The notes: a model not told the origin generated them from the letters alone. A stretch of DNA of 64,000 nucleotides from Azolla caroliniana (GCA_043228905.1 JBHGNT010000018.1:4588001-4652000); one strand, 5' to 3'; positions 23,853-38,172 are shown, counted from the first letter of the stretch. Numbers and translations are program-made.

Positions 23853-26800
23853 AACGAGGATCACGCCTAAAAGGCAATTTTTGTAATATTGTTAGTATTT
23901 TGTAAGTCGTGGGTCCGACGGACAAGGTCCTGTCCCACGGGCGTGCTAGGTGTTGTCCAGAGGACAAAAATGAAAAATTAGGAAATTAGCAAACGCCGAG
24001 TCCGAGTATCATGGGCCACCGATGGCTCGGCTGTGTGTAAGGGGAAAAGTTATTTAAACAAGGAGCAGTACCTCAGAAAGGGAGAGAAGAAAATTATAGG
24101 CGGAACCACTAGCTTATTCATTCGAATTAGATAAACTCGTAAGGTCACCGGCCATAGGCCGTGTTCTGTAATCCTTTTTTGCCATAGTAATATATCTTAT
24201 TTGTGCCTATTCGGCTACACGAGTCTGTGTTTCGATCTATACCTATGAGTTTCACGCCGCCACGTCTATCAAAACCTCGCTAGTGTTTTCTCTCTGAGCC
24301 CTGTATCTCTCTCGACGCCTCTGTACGAGCCTTCACGTACCACGCCCTTGAAGACCGATAGACGAAGATCTATCGAAGGTGTTCACCCAAAGGAACGGGT
24401 AACAGACAAACCGTCATCCATTTTACTACTCCCCGCTTCCTTTTTCAATATCTGTAAAGATTAATAAGGATTAGCCCCAAGCAATAACAGTGAATTAATT
24501 ATCTTACTAGTCGGCTTAAAAACATGTTTAGCAGACATTGTAGACAAACCATCTTTAATAACATCTTGTCAAGTAGGTGGATGTGCATCGACATTGCCAT
24601 TCGAACGTCTCTTCTGACAATCTCGACCTAAATGACCAAACTGTCGACACACAAAACATTGATCAGGCACCTTTTTCACAACCGATGGTTTATTTATAAG
24701 TAGATTAGGTAAAGAAATAGTTGCCGGCAAACGGATAGATCTTGGTGCAATTAGCCGAACTACTGGGACCCCACCCGCTCTATATGTTCCATAATCCTGT
24801 CCGTTACGCGTAGCAATAACCTTACCGAACAAAGCCCCAATACAAGGAAGAACATTCCTCCATTATTTCCTCAATCCAGGAAATATTGTCGTGAAAACCA
24901 TACTAGATTCTTGATCTTGCAATATTATGCGACCATTTATGAAAAGATAGCCATGCACCTTCCACGCCCGTCTCCTTAATCGCCAATAGCTTTGTGACGA
25001 ACTCATCAGCAAACTCCACATGGTAACATCCTTGAGACATGAATTGAATGTCGAGGATGTTATCCGCTTCCTCCGAGAAAACAGCGTATAAGGTATGATG
25101 GAGTTCTGATCTATTCAATCTTGCACCTTGTACCTGCACTACCAAGGAAAAAACCTGTAAGCGTTGTAGTTCTCACCCAAAACTGTGAGTTTATCCTCCT
25201 CTGACAACACAAGGTCGACTTGCTCATCACATAGATGAGGCGAAAGTTTGGGGGGTGCACCGGACTCCCCTGTACGCATATTCTCGTTAATTTCAATATT
25301 AATTTCTAAAGTTATTCTCATTTTTTAGTGAAATATCATGTTGTCATATTCTTGTGTGGAGAGTCGCCCATTAACAAAGAGGAATTCCATAAATGAGGGG
25401 GGGGGGGGGGGGGGGGGCTGGATAGCCAAAATGGGGGGGCAAATAACGCTTTCCATAAATAATGAATACAAAAGTATGGTATTTACCATACTTCTAGGGG
25501 TGTTCACCATACTCGAATGATTGAAACATCACGAATTTGAATGCACGTATGGTTCATACTATGGTTCTTTTACACTATGTATTGTGAGGAATAATCAACA
25601 AACGAACCTTAGCTTTTATTTTACTCATGAAAATCACATGCCAAATGTACACCAATTACACTATTCAAAATATCGAGATGCCAAAGATCAATAATGTAGG
25701 ATAAATAAGAGGATAACAATCTCTATTCACAAATATTCAATGGACTAGATAGTATATAACTTAAATTATGGCCGTACTGATGTCATGTGAGCATTTGTGA
25801 CAAAATGATCAAGGAAAATAAACCAATTTTTGTGAAATTGAAACATTCATTTGAAAGACATGGTCGTTTATTGTTACTATTAATTATTATATTACATTTG
25901 ATATAGAATGTTTGTTTAAAGGTATCTCAAGTTTCATGATGTGTTTTGGCTTTCAAGTGCTTGTTCAATGATTAATTGATCAGTTGTCATTTGGACTCAA
26001 AGTGTAATGGTATCCGGGTCGTTAATTGAAATTGTATTTGAAAATGCATGGTTGTCTCGGAATCCAAAACCAATGAATTATTAGTACTATATAAAATCAA
26101 AGATACGATCGATTGGGTACATGTCATTGGTATGTAATTAATTATACATTTGCATTTTGCATTTAATACCTTGTAAATGTAAATGTGGTATCGAGTCATG
26201 TTAATTTCTAAATGAGTAATGATGTCTTTAATGAAGCAATAACTTATTAAGACCATGTTGACGCAAATAATCAATTGTTAATAATCCAATGAAGATCGAG
26301 GGACTCTTCTCTAGGAAGAAAAGGTACTTATTCTATTGATGACTAATTTATTCGATGAAAGGCTAGTGCCATGGACTATATTTTATCCTTACCTTCTACT
26401 TATATGTGCCTAAAACTATAATACCACGGTTTTTACATTGGTTTAGTGATTTCCTCACATACTCAAACCAAGCATGATTGAATCCCATCATCCCGATTCC
26501 GTCATATTAAAGCATCTATCAATGGTCAAAATCATATGCACCAAGAAGATTATTTGAATCATGTATATGTAATAGTCATTTAAGTCCTTCAAGGTACATC
26601 CTAACACACAAAGTTATTCAAATAACCTTCCATTGCTTAAAGCAAAGTAATTAACAATAATTTATGCTTTGCACTTCAATTAGTTCCAATCACTTGCAAC
26701 ATCTTTGATGAAGTTAGTAATTTCCACAATAAACTAGGAAGTGCTTCAAGATCTACACCCTTACATAATATAGAGCACAACAAATTTACCAGGATGGCAG

Positions 26801-27779
26801 AGGTAAGGGACACGATAAACTAACATGTATCACTAGAACCTCATATTTATGATGCAAATGTCAAGTTTGGTCATAATTTTATGTTAGCAATGGTAAAATA
26901 TCAAAATCTTAGCAGATTTATAGTCATATATGTAAACCACATGTTACCCACAAAGCAATACCTGATTTATTTGTTGAAAATTTTGAATTATTGGATACCG
27001 TATCTATACTTCATGTAGATGTTTATGCTTTGGTGTTCAATGGGCTAGTAAAAGGCATAAGGGACTAAAGAATCATTTAGAGTTCTCAATTTCATTCAAG
27101 AGTATGTGATTAATTTCATTTAGATGTAGTAGGCTTTTAGTCAAGAAGGTTAAGGTTATCCAAAAGTGATTTAAGGGATTACATGAACCTAGAGGACCTT
27201 GACAATATGAAAACAGAAGAAAGTGGCAAAGAAACCCCATCCATTCCCGTAAATGTGAAAAAGTGAACGGTCACATCAAAATCAAAATCAATCAAGAAAA
27301 GCGATTTGTACTTTCTTTTAGTCTTGTTTAAAAATCCAATATCCCATGTACATTATTGAGAAAAGCAATTTGTACGGATTGTTGGTCTCATGGATCATGT
27401 AGCTCCCTATGAATGTTAACACATCAACATCTATCCATTTTATGAGCTCCTTGAAATAATGCCTCCCCAAACCATAGTTCCATAAAGCAAAGCTTGCATC
27501 ACAAATATGGCAAATACTAATGTTCCAATCTTGCGCATACGAGTTATGGTCAAATTGGTTGATGTTATTAAACTCATACTATTGGCTTGTGTTGTCTTCC
27601 ATTCTTCTATTTACACATGTATCCTAAGCATGTTGATTAGGTATGTAAACTCCAAGGCATTTGAGATTGCGAACCACTTCTTCATATTTCAAATTAGACA
27701 ATGACTATCATCAAGACTTTGGTCTTACCATGTGGAGCGAATGAAAAGAATAGATTTTTTTATCGTCGACGAGAAATCC

Positions 27780-29600
27780 AAATTAGACATATGGGACTAA
27801 TAAACATATAATGAACGGGGTTACTACTCCATAGTGAAAACTCTCCATGTGAAAATAATAACGCCCACATATGTGCTCACACTTCTTTGTGGAGATTTGA
27901 GTATGACACTTGAAATTATCATGCCCTTCTAACAAGTTCTCCATTAGGTTTTCATTGGATATCTTTATACTTGGTTGATGATGATGCCATGATGCTACCT
28001 CAACATGTAACTTGGTGACCAAGTTTGAAAAAGTGTTAAGGCTCTTTGAGAGCCAAGGTTCATGGGGGTAGAAATATGCAATTGGATATGTTCTAGCATT
28101 TTCACCTTATATTGGGGCCAACATTGAGGGTTTGCATTTGCACTATAATATTCCAGTTATGACATTTTAACATCTTGTTACTTCATCCTTAGTGGGCTAA
28201 TAATCTATCTTTTGGATTATCATGTGCTTCATAGCATCACCTAAGAGCTCCAATAGATCTTTTATCCCCGATCTTTTAAACCATTCTATAATCTCAAGCA
28301 CCCAACAAGACGAGAGGATTTTGCCCTTATTAGCTTTTTGTACCTTGCATCTCATGTTGCAAGCTTGTTCCACCTCTTCATTACAGAATTCACCAATTTG
28401 ATCTTTCCTTTTGCTCGTGTTATCTCCATGCTAACTTTGGTTGGATTTTAAACATTTGTGTATTCTTCCTTTCTTGCATTGGTTAATATTGCTTCATTCT
28501 CCTTGCCATGATTTGATATTGATACAATGTGTGAGGACTTTTTTATTTTTATCTTTTGTAGGCTTGAACATTTTTGAGATGAGCTTTGCATTCTTCATCA
28601 AAACCAAGCATTTCATGGGAAACTAAGCATTTGATGTCCAAATACACATGCACTAAAATATTGATACATTGCCTTGAGAGTGACATCCTTTTATTTCTCC
28701 CAATTGTTTTTCATATCTTTACTAATGGAGAGGTTAATGGCATGACTCTTAACCTCATTTGCAAATAAATTAACCTTTTGAAGGACACATAATGTACTTC
28801 TTTTGCTTTTGTGTTCTAATGGATCAATCAACGTGCAAGTATGAGGGCTTGTGGTTTGAGTTCGATGGCCTTGGGCCAATTTCAAATGTATTTAGCATGA
28901 ATGCATCACACTCTTTCACTAATACATAGTCAATTACACTTCATTCAGAAACTAAAAGCCATGTCAAAACATTATCATTGGAAATGCATGGGTACAATTG
29001 AGAAATTTTCAGGTTTGCGTAGTTAAGCATGTGTAAGAAACCTAGTACCTAAGGTTGTGTAAACAATTGCTAATGTTTTTGGGCAAGGAGAGAGCATTTC
29101 TATCTAATAACAACAATTTGCTTCCTTTTCACTTTCACAAAACTTTTTAACATCTAATGCATCCTTTAAAGCAGATTTAGATGCACTAACTTCATTAACA
29201 TTTTCTTCATGTATCTTCTCAATAAGACCATCTCTCCATTTTATCATGATTACATCTTCTTTTATCCCTAGGCTAGATTTTATTTCAACATTTACTTTAA
29301 TTAATGATTCTTTCTCAACTTCTAAGATTAACATTTTGGTCTCTCATTCAAACATTTGAATATCTTGGATTTGGGATGTTAATTTCTTCATAGCAAATAA
29401 CTTCTCTTTCAAATATTTAATCTCCATTACCTATGAATCCAATGTATATTAAAGCACCATTTCCCTCATTACAATCATACTTCATTCAATAATTTTATCA
29501 TTATTCCTATAAAGACAATACATACTCATGGTTGCAATTGTTTCAAATGAGCAATCAAAACTTTCAAACACATTATCAACCTTTGATGTCCTTCAAGCCA
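27780..29600 (-). mobile_element. Old, internally deleted RTEX-like LINE
   Basis: EYYSANANPQCWPQYK (~28100-28155) matches the 38.2-38.9 kb element. Frameshifted AWF-DEECK at ~28585-28612. Coiled-coil ORF1-like remnant at 29104-29334. Confidence 0.6.
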
Positions 29601-29646
29601 TGTCGACACTATCTCAATTCTCTCCGAGCATTGTTTAGTATATGAT

Positions 29647-29681
<35 letters not shown>

Positions 29682-30612
29682 AAAAGCACACAATTATATT
29701 AATTGTATGTAAAATCCAATTAGTTACAACACTTATTAGTCTCCTCTACCTATCATATGCCTATGTAGGGAGAGGGACGTTTTGTAATGCTATTAAAAAA
29801 CCTGAATATGCATTTGAGGAAATGATCCCCATACGCTTTAACATCCAAAAATTCCACATTAGAATACCTTTAAGCTTCTTTATATAGGCTTTCACCCCAT
29901 GTCTATTATCAAACATGAAAGCATTATGCATATTCCAATTGCGTTGTAGACCCCAATAACATAAGAATTGGAACAATATCTCCATCTCATCATTTGAACC
30001 ATTTTGAACATATAAAAAACCCATTGTTGAGGTCTCAAACAACAATGGGTTAAAACTTGCCAAATGTCTGATAAATACTTCCAAATGGTACACGCCATAT
30101 GACATTTAATGAACCTATGTGTACTATCCTCCAATGGAACAGTGCAAAGAAACAAGTGCTTGACCCTAGTCCTTGCCTCTTTAAGGCCGAACCTAATGGG
30201 AGCCCACCAATCATGACTCTCTATATGAATACCTTTGCAGGAAATGGTAGATGGGAATGCCAACTACGTTGTAATATTTTCCACCAACTTGCATCTGACT
30301 TACATACATTCCACAACTTCGCAGCTTTAGGAGATAACCAACATAATGATGCCATCACATGATGATACAATATATTTGTAGTGACTTGTAACAAGCGTGT
30401 ACCATCTTGTAACCGCCAATCCACCCAAGGTGCAAAATTTGTTTTCAATAACAAAGATCCTTGCAATAATGGTATATCTTGTAATTTCTCCCATATAAAT
30501 CCATAATTTGGGGGAATACAGAACCATCGCTTGGCATCTTCAAAATCCGACAACCTTTGAGATTCGTTATCAACCACATCTTCCAAATGTACAATCCCCA
30601 ATCGAAATAAGC

Positions 30613-31192
30613 GATCGAATTGGGGATCTTAACTTCTCTTTCCCATGCCAAAACAACAGTCGAGAAGAAATAAGCAATTCATTTTGTAATGAATTACAAT
30701 ATTCTCGATCACTTGATGGTCCCCATTCAAAAAGAGATAATGCATCTTGCCACGATCTTACCAAATGTTGTCCACGTACAGAATGTCGAATCTTTAGAGG
30801 AATACTTCCATTCAGTAATGACCACCAAGATGCTTGAATCTTTGTTTTCCCGTGCACCAATCCTTCATGCTCAATAAAATATTGCATCATAGATATCCAT
30901 GGGGATCGAATTGGGGATCTTAACTTCTCTTTCCCATGCCAAAACAACAGTCGAGAAGAAATAAGCAATTCATTTTGTAATGAATTACAATATTCTCGAT
31001 CACTTGATGGTCCCCATTCAAAAAGAGATAATGCATCTTGCCACGATCTTACCAAATGTTGTCCACGTACAGAATGTCGAATCTTTAGAGGAATACTTCC
31101 ATTCAGTAATGACCACCAAGATGCTTGAATCTTTGTTTTCCCGTGCACCAATCCTTCATGCTCAATAAAATATTGCATCATAGATATCCATG
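30613..31192. repeat. 291-bp in-frame tandem duplication inside LINE ORF2
   Basis: gatcgaattggggatcttaac... at 30613 and 30904. The 97-aa block PWISMMQYF...KLRSPIRS is repeated in ORF 30570-31451. Confidence 0.95.
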
Positions 31193-32959
31193 GTTGATCT
31201 TGTTGACATATATCTTGTAATAATGCAAATCTACGAGCCATCAAATGCCTTTCCAAATCCAATATTGCTGCACCACCTAACCTTTTAGGAGTAGCCAAAT
31301 GGTCCCATGAAATCCATGTAACTCCCATCATTTCTCCCTTCCAGCACAACATGAACCAAATACGTTGTAGAATGTTTTGTGATGCCTTCTTAGACCAAGG
31401 TAGTAAAGGCAAAAAATATAATAACATGGGTATCAAGATACATTGCACCACTTTGAGTCGTACATGAAAGGGTCATAATTGAGACTTCTAATACATAAAT
31501 TTGTCCTTCAATTTACTACCAATCCAATCAATCAATTGAACATTTGTAACATCAACAGGTCCCAATGGATAACCCAAATGTCGATAAATTGATCCTCGTG
31601 TAATCGCTGACCCTCGCCATCCCAAACACTCTAAATCACTCTCTGTATAAGAACTAAGGCGAGACTTCCTCCAATTTATATACAACCCTGAAGCCAAAGC
31701 AAATTGATCCCAAACTTGCATACTCCTTTCAAGATTTTCTTTTGAGGCTTGTAAAAACATAAAAGAATCATCAGCCAATGCTTGTGCCACCAATTGTCCA
31801 CTAGAACGAAGATGCAAACCCACAATATCACCATTAGCCGCAAGATTTGACAACATTACTAACAAAAGATGTGTAACAATAGCAAATAACAATGGGCTTA
31901 GTGGACATCCTTGCCGCACGAATCTAGTAAGAAACACTTTCGGAGTAACTCCGCCATTAACCATCACACACGAGGTTACATTTTTCCCTAGCAAAAAGAT
32001 AAGTCGACATATACGATGACCAAACCCCATATTATACATCACACCTAAGAGGAAAGACCAATTAACATTATCATAGGCTTTTTCCAAATCTAATTGCACC
32101 ATAACCATTTCTTGATGTGTATGTCGAGCATAATCGGTAGCCATTTGAACATTCAAAACATTATGCAATATATTTCTACTTGTAATAAAACCGTATTCAA
32201 ATGGATGAATAAGTTGAGGTAAGAACTTCTGAAGTCTGTTGGATAATATCTTTGCAAACACTTTGTACAACCCTCCCATCAATGAAATAGGCCTCAATTG
32301 ATGAAATGACTTCGGAGATGGTACCTTTGGTATCAATTTGATTAAGCCCAGAATCCCAACATTGTTCAAACATTTGCATGAATTCACTCTTAAGCATGCC
32401 AACATACTTCTTAAAAACTTCATTTGTAACACCACCCCAACTACGGCTTTTACCATTTTGAAGGTGTAACAATACCTGTTCCACCTCAGTTTCTTCAAAA
32501 TTAACATCCAATTCTTGACAAATATTTGTATACACAACACTCCCAATTACATTATAAAACTCTTGTCATGCTTTCAACACATCCTCATTAATAATAAACT
32601 CTAGCCCAATCAAATTCTTAAAATGAGTAATACATAACTCAATAACCTTGATTGGGTCTACAACAATGTCATCCCCTATCTTAATTTGTACCACATTTGA
32701 ACGAGCATATGGTGGTCTTAATCCTTGAAAAAATGTATGAGATTATGATTGATTATCTATAAATCCCTCCTTTAATTGACGTAGTCTTGTATGTTGATAA
32801 CTTTGATAAGACAAATTCTTAACAATTTCCTGTACTTGAACTTGAACATCCAAAATATCTTCATGCGGATTATTCATCAATAGTACATTGCATCACGTAA
32901 GAATATATGAAAACTTATCAATCAATTTCTCACGTCTTTTAGCATTAGTCATACCATAC

Positions 32960-33531
32960 CATAGTTCTAGCCATACGTCCCATTCGTGTCATACTCAAAC
33001 GCCAATATTCGTATCATACTCATACGTGAAAAGGCTCCAAGTATGATTGAAATCCATACGCGGTACATAGATATATTATATATACATATGGTGTATATGG
33101 TGTACATAGTGTGTGTGTGTGTGAGGGGGAGAGAGAGAGAGAGCGTGTGTGGTCTAGAGAGAGAAGCCCTGTTTTGCATGTGTGAGGAGACAGTGATTGA
33201 GTGTATATCTAGACTCTAGAGAGAGAGAGAGAGAGAGAGGAGCTATGGGTTTTGTCTGTGTGAGGGAGTATGTAATATGTATATTAGATATCTAGATTTT
33301 GTAGAGAGAGAAAATCTGTCAGTTCTCGTGTGAGAGAGAGAGAGTGTGTGTGTGTATGTGTGTCAGATGTCACTTCTATTCACAAAATATTATGAATATC
33401 AAAAATTAAAAAAACCAAAAAAAAGTCAAAAAAAAGAAGAAGCCAAACGAATATCGCGTATCATACACGTACGTTTGCAAACGTTCGCGTACGTCCAGTA
33501 AATTGGACGTACGCGAATATTAGGAACTATG
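32960..33531. mobile_element. hAT-type MITE inserted in the LINE
   Basis: TIR catagttc/gaactatg, perfect 8-bp TSD taccatac (32952-32959, 33532-33539), internal GT/GA microsatellites. Confidence 0.9.
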
Positions 33532-36500
33532 TACCATACAGACCATGAATATCATTGATGTTTTGTAGTGTTGTATCCCATGCATGCCATCCTTTTGAAA
33601 TAACTTATTTTGATAACATGCCAAAATTTTGTTGCATATAGGCATCAAATAAGGAATGCAATAATAAAGAAGAATTAAACCTCAACGGAACTCGATCAAG
33701 CAATGTTTTGTACATATCTACCCCATGTTTATTGAACTCAAAACATATGGGAAAATGATCTGATGTCACAACCTCTTGCATAATTGACATATTAAGCATC
33801 TCTGGCAAAAAGGACTCATCATACATAACATACATTCTATCTAACCTACTCCATGTTTCCTTATATTGCATAGACTGAAATGTAAACCCAGCCTCATCTT
33901 GATACAACCATTTCCATAGATCCAACTTCAAAACCTCTTATGCCAATTTGTCCCAAACTGCTTGCTTAGGAGAATCCACCAATGAGAATCGTGAAGTAAA
34001 TTGTGAAGCATCAACACACATATTAAAATCACCCATTAACAAACCAACACGACCCACTAATAACCGTGGATACATTGAAGACCATAATTCAATGCGTTGA
34101 TTAGCATTATTGGGTGCATAAATTCCTACCAACCATATCAAATCCTCAAAATACTTGACTTCCATCACCAAAAAATGTTCATATGGATCATTATAGACTA
34201 TATGTGGACAAAACAAATCACGAATAATCATGACAACCCCTCAATAATGATGTGATAACTCTCCTACATAATATACAAAATATCCACGCAAATGTAACAC
34301 AAATCCCACTAAATCACGACACTTATGTTCAACTGCACATAAAACATTCCATTCTTTATCAAATAAAGTTTTCCATAATATATATTTCTTATAAGGAGAA
34401 GATGCCCCTCGTACATTCCATGATATTACTTTCATTTAACACCTTTAGTAAGAACTTGATCTTTATGAGCAAGTGTATTCATGAATGTACTAACTACTTG
34501 TTCAAGAGTTGCATGAGGATTCGTGTGTACTACACCCCCTCCAACTATATTAGGGTTTTGTTCTGTAGCTCCACGAGAATGAAGTCCTTGATTTAATTGA
34601 GGTCGTACCACCCTTCCTAAATAATCGAATTTTAATTGGTTGAATAATCTCTGATTTCGCACTTATTATGCCAAGGATTTTTCTTAAACCTCTCTTTCAA
34701 TCTCAAATTATCTTTTGGTAATGCCTTACCATTAGTATTTTTTGTGTCCCTTTGTATGGCAACACCCTTCCCTTTTATCTTATGCTTCACTTGATGCCAC
34801 TCTCCATCTTCAACATTTGGGTATTCATTAGTGCATACTCCATTCTCCTCCCCAACACCTCTAACATGACCATGAACTTTAGGATCTCCTCTAACCCATG
34901 AGATGTTCCCTCATCCATGACCATATTAACCATTGAGACAATATCTTTCTCAACATCTTCCTTATTTTTCCTTTTGACATTATTTTGTGGGGATAGTTCA
35001 CCATGAGATTGGCATTCAGCCATAAAATGCCCTAGTTTACCACATTTAAAACAATGTACTGCAAAGGTCTCCCATTGAAGCTTAAAACGAAATCGAGATC
35101 TATCTATACTCAACCATCCTGGAAGTTTACAACTTGTATCCCATAACATGCAAAATCTACATTTGTTCAACGAATTTACATGAGGAGCAACCAAAACTTT
35201 ACCAATTTGAGACATCAACCCTAGTAGTAAATCCCAAAAGAATGAGTTACTACAATTAACAGTCACCCAAATTGGACATTGTTTTAATAAATCTTTATAA
35301 TCCACCATCGGAACACTAATCTTCTATAAAAAAAGATCGGTACCTTTGCCATCAAAGTCGTACAATGTTTTGACGATAAAAAAACCACATCATAGAAACC
35401 TCTTAGACCCACATAGATATCCCCAACATAATTAGGCATTATGAATGAATTCAACCACTACTTAATCCATGATACCAAAGGAAGTTTGCTAGTGAAATAC
35501 AAAATAAGACCACGATCATACAACCAATCAAAAGTTACTAACATAGAGTTGGTCTCCATCACCATCTCTACAACATCCTCCACACAATCTTTAGCATCTT
35601 TCTCATTTTTTTCCATAAAATCGAAAAACAAAGCCTTAACAAAATCACGACTGTCCATATTATAATCATCTCCAATAACATATTTCCCACCAAGAATAGC
35701 AACATATGATGTTTTCTCATGTTCTGTAGAATCGATACACTTTTTCCTCTTATAATTTTCACAACCATCATTACTACCACATCCATCAACAATCATCAAC
35801 TCACTTCTTGTCGTTGTGTCAGTCATCCTAATAGAGATTGAGAGAACAAACCCGATACGATGACGATTTTGCTTGTAGCTTCTTGTAACGATAACGAAAC
35901 TTAGTGTCCAAATAATCCTTGGAAAGTTCTCTAAACGAGCTTCGCAACAAGCCAAACACCATAAAAAACGGAGTTCTGAGGACAAAGTTACATCAAAAAC
36001 ATGTTTCAACACTATTCTTGGAACATCATCGCTGTTTTTCTTTTTCTCTGACGATCCACTATGTACTATACAAGCTCCCTCCCTCTCTCTCTCTCTCAAC
36101 AATTCTTCCTGTTTCACTCATATATTTAATCATACATCCAATTTAAGAATGTGAGCACTTAAAACGACCATATGAACGCCTAGTTTTAGAGCACACATAA
36201 TAAATTCACAACACCATGCTATTATGAATTGTTCTTTCGACAATAGAAATGCAAAAATACTAAAAGGCAAGATAGATAATACAAGTAGTTGTAAAAAAAC
36301 AATGATTGTGTAATGAGAATGCTTAATGCTCAATATGAATAGAATAGAATATACATTTTATCACCCATGAGGAAACCAGTTTAAACTTATATGGGACCAA
36401 ATCCACATGCCATCTTGTATGTGACTCCTTCCTAAGGAGATGGATAGATATACAAATAGATAAATAGATTTTATCATCAATCTTTGGAGGTCAAATATGA

Positions 36501-36684
36501 CCTATAAAATGCAATACATGTGAAAGTTAATAACACATGATATTCAAGAACTTATACTAATGAATGTCACAATCAAGAGTACACAAAGTGACTATGAGAG
36601 AAATTTGTGCAAGAAATGGGTTTGGTTAAGGATGTGTGGAAAGCATAGTCAAATGTGATATAAGTTAGAGCAGTGTATCATAGA

Positions 36685-37235
36685 CATAGTTAGAAATCAC
36701 AGTTAACGGTTCAACATTTTTTTATATTTGTTAATTATTTTTTATTTTTAAATTTTTAAAAATAAATTTAAAAATTTGTTTTTAAACAATCTTTTTATTT
36801 TTAGACCTTATTCTTACATTTTAGGAACATCTTAAAAATTATTAAAATTTAAAATATTGAAATATTTTAAATTTCAAACATTTAAAATATTGAAAATATT
36901 TTAAATTAAAATTCTTTTTAAGATGTTCCTAAAATGTGAGAATAAGGTCTAAAAATGAAAAGATTGTTTTAAAAAAATAAAAATTTTAAAAATAAAAAAA
37001 TATACGCAATTTCTAATTTCACAAATTTGAAAATTTAAAAATTAAATTTTGACGTAAGTTGAAAACCGAAACCGAACTACAAAACCACAGTTTTAACGAT
37101 TTGAAAACTTCTTAATGGTTCAGTTTAATGGTTTTGTGGTTCAGTTCGGTTCGCTTCATGTTTTAATATTTTTAAACGGTTTGGTTCCAAACCGGTTCGG
37201 TTTTGACCCTCTCAAACCGAGCCAAACCATTGTCG
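36685..37235. mobile_element. Probable hAT MITE remnant with a long internal palindrome
   Basis: Starts catagtt; subterminal aaccg/ggttc repeats; inverted repeat at ~36780-36975. Right TIR and TSD not found. Confidence 0.5.
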
Positions 37236-37286
37236 ATTGTTAGTTGAAGACCCAAAACTTATTTAGCATAGTCAACTACTCTCATC

Positions 37287-38112
37287 CATGGTTGTTTACG
37301 TACTCGTATTTAACGTTTAAATACGTATAATACCTCATCATTTGTATAGTACGTATTATACATCAATGTTGTTCAGCCAAATATCAGGTACGTTTGTCCA
37401 ATACGGTATTAAACGTATTTATAAAAAAACAGGTATAATACGTATTTATAAAGGAAATGTAAGTAAAACCCTAACAAAAAGCAAAAGAAAAACAAGATTT
37501 TAGAGAAAAAGAAGCCAAAGGAAGGAAGAACGAAGAATAGAAGAGACGATGATGAAGAAGAAGAAGAAGAAGAAAAAGAAGAAGAAGAAAAAGAAGAAGA
37601 AGAGAGAAAAGAAGACATAAACCTGTCTTGAGTGTGATAATCGTAGAAGATAGAAGAAGAAGAAGAAGAAAATGAAGAAAAGAGAAACCTATCATGAGTG
37701 TGATAATCATAGACGGTTCCTCAATCTATGAAGGCATAAGTGTAAATAATTACAATTTGAAGTAGAACATCGTGATACACACTTAAACTGATTTATAGAA
37801 TAAGGGAATGTCAACATCTATATTACTACAAGTATTTTAGGATTTGAAATGCTCAAATGTCTTATATACATTTTGGGATGTAGAACTATATTGTACATCA
37901 CAAAATTATGCAAACATAGATGTTTTTTATAATATTATAGATATTTTTTAGAAAGCATTTAACGTACTATACGTAAAATACGTATTTTATAAGTATTTAA
38001 CATATAAAGAAAATGTATTTAATGTATTTTTAAATTGGGAGGTACTATACGGGTATTAATACGTTAAATACGTATGGTATCCGTACCGTACCTAACGTAT
38101 CTAACAACCTTG
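37287..38112. mobile_element. hAT-type MITE
   Basis: TIR catggttgtt/aacaaccttg, perfect 8-bp TSD ctctcatc (37279-37286, 38113-38120), tacgta-type subterminal motifs, internal (GAA)n. Confidence 0.9.
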
Positions 38113-38172
38113 CTCTCATCATTTGTGCACCAAAAGCCTTGTCTCACATGAGAGAGAGAGAGAGAGAGAGAG

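Larger units (their letters stand above)
15334..24404 (+). mobile_element. Full-length non-chromovirus Ty3/Gypsy LTR retrotransposon with a 3' extra ORF
   Basis: 454-bp LTRs at 15334-15787 and 23951-24404 (TG..CA, ~8 transitions apart by eye). TSD gacaa at 15329-15333 and 24405-24409. PBS tggcacgcccggt at ~15793. Domain order gag-PR-RT-RH-IN. Confidence 0.95.
10500..25320 (-). mobile_element. Near full-length L1/Tx1 LINE, decayed, interrupted by a solo LTR and a Gypsy element
   Basis: ORF1 remnants at ~24410-25320 (zinc knuckle CFVCRQFGHLGRDC) and 14902-15330. ORF2 has endonuclease (IISWNV, FLIQEHH, NIYAPN, DFNM, SDH), RT (LDFEKAYDRVDW, RQGCPLAP, FADD), zf-RVT (CVMCG..ESLHHVFW) and the WNYVPPRWLFP end. 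Ends approximate. Confidence 0.85.
29680..36075 (-). mobile_element. Full-length L1/Tx1 LINE, decayed
   Basis: ORF1 with CFKCGKLGHFMAEC. ORF2 has MKVISWNVRG, GIYAPN, GDFN, SDH, RPISL, LDLEKAYD, RQGCPLSP, LADD and zf-RVT remnants. (CT)n tracts at both ends. Confidence 0.88.

Noticed and set aside
25330-27700. Possible gene or transposase remnants, poly-G tract
   Set aside because: No recognisable motif, TIR pair or consistent frame
37409-37710. Ser/Leu-rich ORFs
   Set aside because: Translations of (GAA)n inside a MITE
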